Numbered from the stretch's first letter, positions 12,558 through 24,735 are shown. The stretch: 64,000 bases of DNA from Lepidodermella squamata (GCA_047495785.1 JBLDXI010000006.1:124001-188000), one strand, 5' to 3'. The notes: a model not told the origin generated them from the sequence alone. Numbers and translations: made by a program.

Positions 12558-13322
12558 GAGAATTTAAAATCGATTTCGTTGTTCGAAGTTCGAAGACTGA
12601 ATAATCCCAACAGCCAACAGCTCTCAAATAAAATTTGTGATCCCAATATTGCTGTAGTTTTGTTCGATCAATACATCGGATTCGGATTTGAGCTGGGTTT
12701 TTAAGCGACGTTGAAATTGTCGCTTTTACCTTCCCAAGGGCCGAAATCGTCGAATTTGGTCCATGAGAATGGAACCTAATAATATGATATGAGTTACCAT
12801 GCTGGGTTCTGGGTTATTAATCGAGCATGAGTTAGTATGTCCATAACATGTTATAGAATTCCGAAAATCGCGCCTACACCGAGTATAGCGATTTCGTTGT
12901 GAAACGACTTGAATTCGAGTGCACCACCGTTCCAGTTTCGGAGTGCCAACTAATGAAAATCCAACTTATACTGCGTCATTGCATTTCAGAACACGGATGA
13001 TGTCAATACGCCCCCCAACTCCCAGGGCTCGAATCATGTAGCCGATCTATGTATGTGATCAGGTGGCGAGAAAATTCGCGAGCCTGGTAGCTGACGTAGA
13101 AACTCCAGCTGAAAACACGTCGCGTGCGCAGGTGATCAAAGCAAAAAAGCGTAAAGATTCGCAACTTGTTTTTCGCGCTCGCGAAACGAAAACAAGTTAC
13201 CCGAGTCTGATCAGCTGTACGAGTTTAGTGCAATCGAGTACACATACGATAGTTTAAATACTGAGGGACTGCACGGATGCTTATCATTATCAAAAGCTGA
13301 TTTCTCTCAATTCTCTGCAGCG

Positions 13323-14117
13323 ATGAACAAGTTTCTGCCCGTTATCGCCGTTCTGCTTGGCCTGGCCTCCATCGCCACGGCTGCTGATCTGAAGCTTCAG
13401 TTCTGCAAAGCTCTCGTCAAATCGTAAATTATCTCTTTTTACCTCGAAACTCGTTATGCAGTGACATTTTTCACTTCAGGACCGACTACGCAAGCAATCA
13501 AGGCTATGCCAGCTTTGTCGAAGCCGTTTGCGGGAAAAAGTCAGTTTCGCTTATGAAATGTTCCAGATGTTTAACAAAATCCCAATCTTTTTCTCTAGTG
13601 GAACTGCAACTGGCTGCGGTGGCGTTTCCCTCGATATGCCGAATGCCATTTTCTGCGCCCTCGGAGCCACCAAGTGCAAGGTTGACTCAGTGACGAGCAA
13701 GAACAACAAACTGGTCAAGTACGCCGGCCTTCTTGTCAAGTACAGCACGAAGCTTGCGCCGGTTCTTGACAAATTCGTCGGCAACGAATTGGTTTGCGCC
13801 TTCGTCGAGCAGGCGTAAGTTAATCCTTGAAATTTCCGACGAATTTTCGAATTTCTATTTCGCACAGTTGTTGCCGTGCCACTGATACTTTGACATTTGC
13901 CGAGGGCATGATCGAATTCATCCTCGAGGACAGCTTGGATGAGATCGAAAAGGTCGCCGATTTCGCCAAGGATGTTGTCAGCGATTTCAAGAGTGACATC
14001 GACAAAATGGACGATGCCGCTGATAAGGTTGCTGATAAGGTTAGCGATGCTGCCAAGGACACTGGTAAAGCTGTCAAGAGCGGCCTCAGCAAGCTGAAGA
14101 AAAAGTTCAAGCTGTAA
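13323..14117 (+). CDS. Secreted Cys-rich helical protein A; exons 13323-13423, 13480-13539, 13599-13814, 13868-14117
   Basis: Signal peptide MNKFLPVIAVLLGLASIATA, three GT-AG introns in consistent phase, 8 Cys and an amphipathic C-terminal tail. Paralogue immediately downstream. Confidence 0.8.
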
Positions 14118-14910
14118 ACTATACGGTTGCGATATGAGCTAAAAACGACTCCAATCATTTGCGAACTACAATAATTAATGTGAAATAAAATGATGGAATG
14201 TTACTTTTCGCCTTGGAAGTCTCGAAACTATGTCATTTCCAAGAATTGGAGGTTTGGGAATCTTTTTAGGAATTCCTAGAATCTTTCAAAAAAGGTTCAA
14301 GGGACCTCACGCTACTACAGAGAGGAAAATCAAACCATTTCTTGTTCTCATGGTTGAGAAGCGCAGGAACATTGCTCAGCAGGATTCCAATGGTAAGATG
14401 GAATCTTGGCCACGTCTTTTTAACTTGAACTTGAGATTTATATTTTGAAGATAATGACAATGGGTGTATGTAGCCTGCATTCCTGGACCGGAATCCAAGC
14501 GAACAGGTTAATCCAATCGAAAAATTACGATCCAGTATTAACTAACTTCAAGGCTCTAAATTTGATATAATATTGTTGAAAAAGTCGAATTCAGACGGGT
14601 TTAGCTTGTAGAGGTAGAGGTTGTAGAGTTGTTTAGTTGTAGAGGTGGAGGTCCGGCTAAGTTTAGTCCGCTTTTACTGAGTTGGATTAAATGGCTAACG
14701 AAACGCAAATTGCGACAGCCAGTTGAGTAAACACATTTCCCCCGCCAGTGAAAAAATAGAGGCTGGTGCTCGTACGAGTAAGCTTGAGACAGACTGGCGC
14801 GACGTTAGCGGGGTAATGATTCGAGACACTATTTCCGGTATAAATTAGGAAAATGAAGGGCTCGTATCATCGCAACCAATTCATTTCTGTCTATCATTTC
14901 GAGCGAAGCA

Positions 14911-15814
14911 ATGAAGGCCGCTATCTCTGCTCTCGTCTTTTTCGGGCTCGTTTCCTGCTCCATCGCTGGAAATCTGAAGATCAAAGCCTGCAATACCCTT
15001 GTCAAATCGTAGGTTTTGCTCGCCTTGGTAATCTCGTTATTTCCAACGGATTTCAATCCTAAGGACCGAGTACACTAGCAACCACAAATACGCCGATCTT
15101 ATTGAAGCTGTTTGCGGAAAGCAGTAAGGAATCTCAAATTCATCTATATCGATTGATTTTCTACCACCTTTCCCATTAGCGGAAATGCGACTGGTTGCGG
15201 GAGCATGACCTACGACATGCCCAATGCCCTCTTCTGCGCCCTCGGGGCCACCAAGTGCAAGGTCACCTCTGTTACTAACACTGATAACAAGCTCGTCAAG
15301 TACGCTGGAATCCTCGTAAGCCACAGGTATAACCTTTAACCAAAGATTCGGGATCATCAAAGAACTTCACCTTGCTATAGCTCCAAGTTGGTCAAGGTTC
15401 TGGACAAAATGATGAGCAACGAGCTGATCTGCGCTTTTGTTGAACAAGCGTAAGATTTCGAGTCAATTTCGGCCTAGTTCCTATTTCCTATTTCATGCCT
15501 TTCACATAGTTGCTGCCGTGCTGCCGATACCATGAACTTCGCAAATGAGCTGGTCACTTTCATTCTCGATGATAGGTTAGTCATTCGAACAACTCAAACT
15601 TCCAATTTCTTACTGTTAGTACCTGTAAAGCATGGACGAAATCAGCAAGTGCAAGGACTTCGCCAAGGAAGTTCTGAACAACTTCAAGGACGTCGATCTT
15701 CACGATATCAGTGGTACTGTTAGCAAAGTTGTTGCTACTGCTGACAAGGCCAAGTCCACAATTGACAAGGTCAAAAGTGGAATCAGCGCCCTCAAGGATC
15801 TGATCGACTGGTAA
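14911..15814 (+). CDS. Secreted Cys-rich helical protein B (tandem paralogue of A), 6 exons
   Basis: Signal peptide MKAAISALVFFGLVSCSIAG. Shares 'DMPNA.FCALGATKCKV', 'NKLVKYAG' and 'NEL.CAFVEQACCRA' with A. Five short GT-AG introns. Confidence 0.8.
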
Positions 15815-15924
15815 AACGACTTATGATTCGTTGCAATAGTTGAGAAATAAAGACAACACTCTCATGAAAAGCCTCAGTTTATTTGCCAAAATGAAACAAA
15901 AGCGGTGAAAATGAAAGTTAAATC

Positions 15925-17348
15925 TCAAACAATGCCGCCTCTTGCGACGAGGAGTTGAGCGATTTGAGCTAGACGGGCGTTTTCCTTAGCGTAGCCCAAA
16001 GCTGTACGGCCCTCCTGATTTCGAACATTGACGTCGCAACCAGAATCAACCAGCAGCCGAACAACATTGAAATGGCCGTCCCAAGTCGCGACAATCAGCG
16101 CCGAGTCGCCGTCTTCATCACGAGCGTCAACCTCCGCGCCGTTGTCAATCAACAGCCGCACAATGTCTGTGTGGCCTAGCTCGGCGGCGTAGATCAGCGC
16201 CGTTGTTTGCAATCGGCTTTTTGCGTTGACGTTGGCGCCGCGTTCGATCAGCAGTGCTACGGCGTCTTTGTGCGCGTTCTGAGCTGCTTTCATCATTGCC
16301 GTGTTGCCGTCTGTGTCCTGGCTGTTGACGTCAGCGCCCTGCTGGATCAGCTGAGTCATTAGGTTCAGATTACCCTGAGACGCCGCGTCGATCAACTCGT
16401 GTGCGTATTTTACCTGGAAATAAGAAAATCTAAGTTTTACGAACATAAGAGTAAGATGCCTAATGAGCCTAATGAGCTAAAAGGTTGAGAATCGAAGAAT
16501 TACCGGAATGCAAGAAGTGTCGATGCGCCAAGTTCTATCTTGTGTGCAGTAGACCGTATCGCGACCCGTCAAACCATAACCATGGTGACATGTTACTCGT
16601 CTTGAGGCGCCGATGCGATTCGAACCAGCGAAAATCCGCCCATTCTCCAGGTTAGGCAGAGGACCACACGAATCAGCTTGAAGATCGAAAAAATAAATAA
16701 TTAATTAATTATAATTTAGGGAATAATTTATAATAAATAAATTATTTTTTACTTAATTAATTTAAAATAATTTAATTTTCTGGAATTTCGAGCTTTTTGA
16801 ACTGGGTGAAATTTTATTTCGAGTAGATCGGGTGTATTTTGGGTAAAATGTGTTACTCACGAACGCATCTGCCTTCGATGTGCCACTTCTTCTGAGCTGT
16901 GCACTGAACGAGACTTGACCCAGCCAGCATGAAGCCGTCATTGCACGAGAAAGACCTCATAGTACCAATCGTATTACCACCCTCGCTGATCATGCCGTTC
17001 TCGATGGGAGGAGCCCGGCCACACGTGCCGATTTCAGCGCAATGCCCGTCGATTTGCCATTTGCCGTTATCGTCACAACGTACAGAGTCTGAGCCGGTCA
17101 GTTGAAAGCCAGGGTTGCACTGGATCTTTCGAGTTGATCCAATCACCGAAGAGCCATTAAGTAAAATTCGACCGTGATTGATTTCGGGCGTTTCGCCGCA
17201 AGCTCCTTCAGATAGGGTTAAAACCCATCCTAATAAAAACGAGATCAAGGAATTAGGGGCTGAATTATTCAAATTAAAACGTACCTTCAGCTGATGCCAA
17301 AAAGAGGCTGAGCAACAGAGCAGGGCAAAATTTCGAATAATTCATCAT
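15925..17348 (-). CDS. Signal peptide + 3 Sushi/CCP domains + ankyrin repeats; exons 17348-17285, 17205-16861, 16676-16504, 16413-15925
   Basis: Signal peptide MMNYSKFCPALLLSLFLASAE, three C-G-x-x-P-x-I/L-x-N/H-G...C..G(F/Y).L.G...C....W....C domains and ~5 canonical ankyrin repeats. Intron phases 1,1,0 all match. Confidence 0.85.
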
Positions 17349-17723
17349 TGAAAAATGAATGAAATTATGTAAGGTGGAAAGTTCCTACTCGCATCACAAG
17401 TCACATGTCTGTTTGGTTGTTTGCTTTTGCAACACCTTGGCTATGTAGAGCTCTGTGGCCATAAGGGTGCCACATGTTCGCAACGAAATCAGGAAATATG
17501 GGGAAAAGTGCCATGTGGCTACCCTTCCGGGCGTTTATTGTTTGCTTTTCGCTTTTTTTCCATTAGGCGCTAAAAGATACGCACTTCACGCGGCTGGAGA
17601 GACACTATGGACACTTGAGGCAATATAAATAATAGTCCGAGTGAAAAGAAACTGGGTAAACAGATCTCGCAGAAGGCGGAAAATAGATACAAATTCAGTC
17701 TGTCCAAGACGAAAGTCTGAAAG

Positions 17724-18346
17724 ATGGTCCCTTTAGAAAATCTTTCTCTAGCTTTTCTGTTGGTAGCAATCGCATTAAGCGCAGTTTCAAGCCTGCCGAA
17801 ATTCAAAAGCCGAATACCGAACGGAGATTTTGTTCCGGATCCGTGTTCCAAAAATAAAACGCTATGGAGTGGTAGGTTTATTACAAAACAGAACAATTTC
17901 TTTTTAAATACAACTTTCAAGCTGTCGGGCATGTGAAACCTCACGAAGGCGGCCATGATGGAACTCTGAACCAATTCGGGTTAGATTTCACCAAGGTTAG
18001 TAAAGCTCGCTGGAATACAACTTTCTGCAAGCTGGACAGGTATAACTTTTAATAGTTATTGTGATAGTAGAATGAAGGCTAAAATGTCAGTGATGGTGAT
18101 GGCCGAACGAACGGGCAAGAATTGGGAGATCCGGATTGCGTGTGGCAAGAGGGAAGTTCACCTTCACGTAACAACAGCATCACCCATCCTGGCATTTGCG
18201 AGCCTGTTGATTCAGCAAACTGCCGGCGACTCAATGCCCGATATTTCAATGCAACTGACTGCCAGATCATCGCATCATCTGCCGAGACAATTCTGAATCT
18301 AAACTCACAGATTTTATTCACCCTTATCAATCTGCTTATGATATAA
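17724..18346 (+). CDS. Temptin-like secreted protein; exons 17724-17871, 17922-18039, 18091-18346
   Basis: Spliced product: RIPNG..VPDPC...W.AVGH...GG...LNQFGLDF...W...FCKLDSDGDGRTNGQELGDPDCVW...THPGICEP. This is the temptin / DBH-like monooxygenase N-terminal Cys domain signature. Confidence 0.85.
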
Positions 18347-18373
18347 TGGTCTGAAAGTGAAACTAAGTAATTT

Positions 18374-20690
18374 TCAAATTTTGAGCCTCTTTCTAGCGAG
18401 AATAGCGTAAAATAAGGTCAAGAAAGTTGACAATGAAAAAACCAATTCACAAACCGCTATGACAACTATCTGGTCAAAGAAATTTCTAATCAACGCTGTA
18501 ATTCCGAAAGCAGCCACCAGAATTGTTATAGCGTTGACAACAGCCACCTTAACTGTAGCAAACTGAATCTTATGAGAAGCAGGTGGCTTGAAACCACGCC
18601 CGCCGTACAACCGAACGGCGGCAAAGCCTGACAGCAGCAAGTTCAACCCGGCGAAGCCTGCGATCCAGAAAGCAAGCGACTTCGAATAACATCGTTGGTA
18701 GCTCTCTGAAACAAACTCGTCGAGAATCGCGTCAAAACGAACAGGACTCCTTTCAACGACAGACGCGAAACTTTCGTGGAATAAAAGCCATATTCCGAGG
18801 AGAATTGCGTTAACCAAACAAAATCCCGCGGGTAGTCCGAGCAGAATCTTCCATTTCGAATTCGCTGGCTGCTCGCTTTCGGAATTCCGAGCAACTTGAA
18901 ATGCCGGGGTGAAAGCACGAGCGGAAGCTTTGGAACCGATACGGGATTTCGTTCTTAGACTTGTGGCATCTCCTAATGTAGCAGCTCGTGCTGTTAGAGA
19001 ACCGGTGACGATTGAGAGCCCAAGAATAGGAAGAACCACGATGGCTAAGCATAAATTCGAAGTTCCAAGTAATTGAACAATCACTGCCAAGTCGAGAAGC
19101 AGAAATCCAGCTGGAGAAATTGAAGAACTGACAAAGTCAAAATATACCCGCCCCGGTTTCGATTTCGCAATGATCCACCCGCGAAATGTAATAGCCAGAA
19201 TGGCCAACTTCGATGCTATAATTACGGCGGATATAACTACAATGGAATACTTGACTGAGGGTTGTAACATTCGCTGCACTACTACAACGTCGGAAAGGTC
19301 TTTCGGCGGTTTCCCCGAAACTGTGAACCATTTCGGTATCCTAGGTGGCTGATAGAATGGCTCAATTCCTAGATTCGTCGTGTTTTCTATGTCTGAATGC
19401 GGGTCGATCATGAAAACGTTGTAAAGATGGATTGCCTCGTTGTCGATTATTTGCGAAATTGATTGATTTTCGATATCTACTTCGAGCCTTGTTGAGTATA
19501 GAATACGGCTAACTCGTACAGTCGCAATATCGAGTTCAGTTGCAGAGCGGTTCAAAACAGCCTGAACAACATTAGGGTTAGTTGAAAAGTTCGCCAACGT
19601 CATATTGTATAAATTTCGAAGGTAGTATTCAGTCATGTTTAGCGCGGCAATTGTTGCCATAATAGCTTCCTGGCAGAGCAGACGGGCTGGGTAATCAGGG
19701 ACCAAATAACCCGTTTTGCCTAGTTCCACATCGAGTCGCCGCTCGAAATCGGAGACATTATAGCCCAATGAACTCGGACCTTCATAGAAACCACCCCGTT
19801 TCAGCCCTATCCAGAATGTGATCTTCTGCTGCTCATTCACAATCCACTGGGGGGAACATTCCAATGGAAATGGGACAATTCTAGGGTCAGGATTGAAGGC
19901 GCACATGTTAGTTACAATGAACAGGTATTGAGGGGCCCGAACGCCAGCTTTGTACGCCTGACACCAGATTCGCAGGCAAAGCATAGTGTTTTGCACTGTG
20001 GCGATCGAAATAAAGAAAATTCGAACATCACTCGATTTCATTTCGTTGGCGAAATCTGGCTTCGTAAAGTCAAGATCCGTGATAACTGTTGCTAATTTGA
20101 TGCCATTTTCGCCGGCTGATTTTGAGAAAATTCTCGCAAACGTGTAGTCTTCTTGCCTTGTAGCTTGTAGTTGTGACTATGCCGATTTTTCGCCATTTTC
20201 CAACTTCCTTAATGAATTTAACCGCGGCGGAAATCGTGTTTTCAATCGGCATTTGAATTCTGTACAGCGATGAAGTCCGATGCCGAGGTGCTAGAATGTT
20301 GATCGAGCTGCAACCGTAAGAAAACTGAATCGTGTTGTAGAACTTTGAAATCGGAGCAGCGAAGTGGCAGTTGGAAGTTTGCCCGACAAAAACCGGCGCC
20401 ATAAGACTGGTTTGATCTTTAGAGTTCTCCATTATCCTGACAATTCTGGAGGGAACGCCCGTACCCCCAGCTTGTTCATCCTCTTCTTGGATGAGAAGTT
20501 TGTAGCCTGGGAGGATTTCAGGTCGCCGATTTGCCTCGTCCACAGCTACTTTGTATGACGCGAGACAGGCGGTTCCATTTGAACCAAGTTGGCCGGTTCT
20601 TGAGATGAAGCTGACCAATCGTAGGGGTACATCTTCAGCTGAGCCTAAGCTCAAGCCGAATAAGGCTAAAGCGCCCAGTATGAAGTACAT
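18374..20690 (-). pseudogene. GABA-B-like class C GPCR with a frameshift caused by a 7-bp tandem duplication (20157-20170)
   Basis: The N-terminal ORF (ANRRPEILPGYKL...) and the C-terminal 7TM ORF are in different frames. Removing one copy of cttgtag restores one continuous frame (TTTRQEDYTFARIF...FANEMKSSDVRIF). Confidence 0.75.
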
Positions 20691-20976
20691 GCTTGTTTTT
20701 CCTGAACTGAAAAAGTGCAAGTATGAATTCGATAACATCGTCCGGAGTCAGGAGTCAGGATTCATTGTTATTATATGTTTAGAACTTGATATCGCTAATT
20801 TTCGTGGTCAAAATGCACTATGTTCAGCCGTGAAGGCCTCGAACGTGATCTTTAGCTCATAGCTCCAATTTAGTCGCGAGACTTAATTGGCAACAAATTC
20901 CAGCACCACCCATGCATTTCTACTGTATTCGATGACAAATGTCGTGTCTAATAGATATTTATTTTAAGACAAATCG

Positions 20977-21903
20977 TCAAAACAGGCATATGTCAGAATA
21001 GCCTTGCTCTTCAGCCAGCAGTTTTGTAAAAAGAAGCATCATCTCTTGGAGACGCGTTCTTCTGAACTTGATACGCGTATCCTCAAAGTTTCGCATTGAT
21101 TCAGAAAGTATTTTCACATCTAATTCGTAACGATTCAGAACAGAGTCGAGTCTAGTTGTTTCGAACCAGCTGTCATAGATCGACGTTAAAGCGTGATGCC
21201 TTTCAGGGACAGAGGGTGAGGTGAATAGCTGCTTGACCAGAACTCTCCATTCATCCTTTAACTCGTCATCAGATTGGAGAAACTCGCCGCATATGAAAGG
21301 TATAGCGCAGACTATCGGAAAGTTGTACAAGAAATCGCCTTGGAAAGCGCGTCTTGCCACTTCGAAGTCGAGTAGAAACCTGATTTTGTCCACCAGAGCA
21401 GCATCGCCATACGCGAATTGTTCAATTAAATCCTCAATATTTACTATTTCGTCCGTATCGATGTCTGTAATATCAGCAGCCGATCTGTTGCGGTAATTCA
21501 TTTCGAAGATGAATTCATATCGAAAATCCTGAAATGTGATGACGACGGGCTTTCGGAATTGCAAATACCAAATCGCGTTGCTTTGGAATCGTTTGAAGTG
21601 CTTTTTCGTCACTTGAGGTGGAATAAATAGAATTAGATTCTCCCCGAATTCTTCATTTCTTTTCGTTTCAGCCATCAATGCGGCACGGTCTTTGCCGAGC
21701 AATTTATGTATCGATTCGATGATTGCGTGAAAGCACCATACACGTTTCGAGGTAGAAAAATTTGTGAAATCGAAGTGAACAGCGTCATCAAGGCCTGTTA
21801 ACGATTGAAGCTTCGATCGGATTGTATTTCGTAGTGGCTCATCATTTTCATGTTTGCGGAGATAATGCCAGAATTTCTGCGAAATTTTAACCATTCGTTC
21901 CAT
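20977..21903 (-). CDS. Intronless 308-aa protein of unknown function
   Basis: Long uninterrupted ATG-to-stop ORF with globular composition and an aataaa downstream on the minus strand. No motif recognised. Confidence 0.6.
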   Translation of the reverse strand: MERMVKISQKFWHYLRKHENDEPLRNTIRSKLQSLTGLDDAVHFDFTNFSTSKRVWCFHAIIESIHKLLGKDRAALMAETKRNEEFGENLILFIPPQVTKKHFKRFQSNAIWYLQFRKPVVITFQDFRYEFIFEMNYRNRSAADITDIDTDEIVNIEDLIEQFAYGDAALVDKIRFLLDFEVARRAFQGDFLYNFPIVCAIPFICGEFLQSDDELKDEWRVLVKQLFTSPSVPERHHALTSIYDSWFETTRLDSVLNRYELDVKILSESMRNFEDTRIKFRRTRLQEMMLLFTKLLAEEQGYSDICLF

Positions 21904-22512
21904 TGTACGTAAGACGTAAAATAAATGTTTTGATGACCGATTAGCAATATTAAGCCTTGATGCCTATTGTATTGATCCAATCCAACGCATTAATATTGCA
22001 TATCAACGGCCGCTAAATCAATCATCTCATTGATTAACGATTATTTCAAGATCCAGTAAGCTAAAGCCTTAATGCTATCGATGTAGGCTTCCCTGGTGTG
22101 TGAACGCCTGTGAACTCTAACAACATCTTTGAATTCCATATTTCTCTTTGACTAGGTGGGCTACCAGCTTTTTCAGCTTTATATGCAAAACTTGGGAGGG
22201 CAAAATGAAGTAACCTTACGAAGCCGTATCGTATAAGAGATAAGTATACTTGATTTTCCGTCAGATAATTAGTTTAATTAGACTGTTGGGAATACGCATT
22301 TTCCGATTCATAATTGCAGTTTGTACTCAAAAGCTGCAGATAGGTTTTTAATTGTGGAATTCAATCTCTTTCATTTGATGCGAAGGTTGGATTCGATAAC
22401 TCGTGATTCCTGCGTCCTAACTACCGGTGTGATTTTACGCTAATAATTTCCCATTAGTCACTCCGGTTTTTTGACAAAAACCCCACACAGTACAATATTT
22501 CATCTAATTGAG

Positions 22513-24735
22513 ATGATCAGAGTAATTTTCAGCTTAATGCTCGTCTTTGTTGTAGTAAATTCGCAGCGTAATATGGAATACGTCGCAAAAAAGCACAAAC
22601 TGCTGCTATTCTCTACAGCAACCTGGACAGGATCCGAGCCCAGGGACGGCAAAATCTGCCAAGCTGCTATGCAGGTCGCTGTCAACACCGTCAACTCCCG
22701 TCGAGATTTCCTTCCCGACTACAACATCGAAGTTTCTTTCGGCGACGAAGGTCCTTCAGCTGTACTCGCGCCAAGATCATTCATCGACTTTCTTCGAAAA
22801 TCTGAACGAAAGCTGGACGGCAAAACTACCTTTTTGGCGCCAGCTTTCGTAGGTAACGCTCTGATTTGCTTAACTACGGCAAATTTGGTCCGGGAGATGA
22901 ACATGGTCCAGTTTAGCCCAGGTTGCGGCGGAGCAGTGTACGGGAATAGGAAGCTATATCCTTTCCTGTACCGCAATCGAATTTCATCAGAAGGTGGTTA
23001 CTTAATCCCGTTGCTTTTCGCTTTCAAATACAAACCTGGAAATTGGAGGCAGATAGGCATCGTGAGTTACGAGACAAACGGGCGGCTAAGCTCAATGCTT
23101 ATCAATCAAGGTTGGGAACATATGTACGAAGACATCGAGACAGAAGTTACAGAGCAAGTTGTCATGAAACTAAAGAAGTCAAATGCGAGATTAGTATACG
23201 TGGCGAATGGCAACCCTGGACAATATGCACAATACATGTGCATAGCCCATCGATTGGGCATTCGCCCCCCACAATATTTCTTCTTAGCCGGAGCACCAAA
23301 CTTCAATGACCCATACGCTCTCGATTTGAAACTGCCAGCAAACTGCACGCGAGAAATGTTTGCCGACCAAATGCGGGCGACAATTTGGGGCGGCCCGTTT
23401 GACTTTGCGATCGAGCCACACGGGAAGACAGTTTTCGGCTACGACGGTGTGGAATTCGATGCGTACCTAGATCAAGTGACGAACAAATCTCGTTCGGCTG
23501 ATTATTCGAGACGGCATCGATGTTTCGACTCAATGACTCAAACTCTACTATCCCTAGACAAGGCCGATCGCTACCTAAGGGCTAGTTACAACAAATCCCT
23601 CAGAGACTTCGACAAAGACCCCATCACAATTCGAAACGTTGTCAATAAAGCTGCGGCTGAGACGGATTTCAATGGTCTTAGGATAGGAAGGATCAAATAT
23701 AGCGAACGGTTGGAGGTTGACGACGAAGTTCAGTACGTGACGCAATGGCACAACAGATCTATGCGAATTCTGTATGTAGTAAGATACAACGGTTCGAATG
23801 CAAGTTTCATACACGATTTGAAAGCTTACTCAGTTGAGAAGATCAACGATCCGATTTGGGACTTTACAAGAGATGGGCATCCTCCGAAAGACCTGTCCCA
23901 TCTACAACGTCGTTTCAATCTGATTCCGATCGAGAGCTTAAGTATTTTCGGATTTCTCGTAGCAATAAGTGTTGTTTGCCTTTTAGTTTTTATTCGGTTT
24001 GGATTTAAACGTTCCGTGAACTTAAAACTAGATTCAATCATAATTGTTGCTTGTTTCTTTTGTGATCTATCAGCGTTGTTGATGTTGTTGACTGGAATGG
24101 TAGTTTCGAACATTCTCTGCGTATTTCAAGTCCTGATTTTAACTATCGGAATTTCAATCATCGATGGCTCTTTAATATTCCGGATGGTCGTAATAGTTCG
24201 AAGAATTTCAAATTTTTCGAAAGATCGATCACTGACTGATTCGCGTTACCTATCATCAATTTATTGTGAAAAATTGACCCAATCCTATCTCGCGATTTTC
24301 ATAGCTCTAAATATCTCTTTTATCCTAGTGATTCTCGCCATAGATCCGCTGCTAATGACTGCAGCCAGCGATCCGCCTAATTACGACCCGGATTTAGATA
24401 TGTATTACGACGTGACTCGTTACTACTGTACGTCAACTTTCGCCAATTATTGGATGTTAGCGGTGGGTAGTTTTCACCTACTCCTTCTCGTCCTGTCTAG
24501 CTTTCTCGTCTATGAAACGCGAAGAGCTGCGGTGAGACGACGTTTACGTACAGAATTTAAAACCGTACGTCTAGCTGTGTTGAATGCAACTATCATGATG
24601 GGTGCGATGATTGTAATTTTGGAAATAATACCTGTTGAAAGTTCCAATTTGATATTGACCATTCTTGCTTACGGTGTTTTGATATTTGCCAATAGCTCTA
24701 CTGCCATTATTATGATACCTAAACTAAGCTTCTGA
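22513..24735 (+). CDS. GABA-B-like class C GPCR, intronless
   Basis: Signal peptide, 'VNSRRDFLPDYNI', 'LYPFLYR', 'LKKSNARLV', 'GHPPKD' and a 7TM region ending 'IPKLSF'. Confidence 0.9.
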   Translation: MIRVIFSLMLVFVVVNSQRNMEYVAKKHKLLLFSTATWTGSEPRDGKICQAAMQVAVNTVNSRRDFLPDYNIEVSFGDEGPSAVLAPRSFIDFLRKSERKLDGKTTFLAPAFVGNALICLTTANLVREMNMVQFSPGCGGAVYGNRKLYPFLYRNRISSEGGYLIPLLFAFKYKPGNWRQIGIVSYETNGRLSSMLINQGWEHMYEDIETEVTEQVVMKLKKSNARLVYVANGNPGQYAQYMCIAHRLGIRPPQYFFLAGAPNFNDPYALDLKLPANCTREMFADQMRATIWGGPFDFAIEPHGKTVFGYDGVEFDAYLDQVTNKSRSADYSRRHRCFDSMTQTLLSLDKADRYLRASYNKSLRDFDKDPITIRNVVNKAAAETDFNGLRIGRIKYSERLEVDDEVQYVTQWHNRSMRILYVVRYNGSNASFIHDLKAYSVEKINDPIWDFTRDGHPPKDLSHLQRRFNLIPIESLSIFGFLVAISVVCLLVFIRFGFKRSVNLKLDSIIIVACFFCDLSALLMLLTGMVVSNILCVFQVLILTIGISIIDGSLIFRMVVIVRRISNFSKDRSLTDSRYLSSIYCEKLTQSYLAIFIALNISFILVILAIDPLLMTAASDPPNYDPDLDMYYDVTRYYCTSTFANYWMLAVGSFHLLLLVLSSFLVYETRRAAVRRRLRTEFKTVRLAVLNATIMMGAMIVILEIIPVESSNLILTILAYGVLIFANSSTAIIMIPKLSF

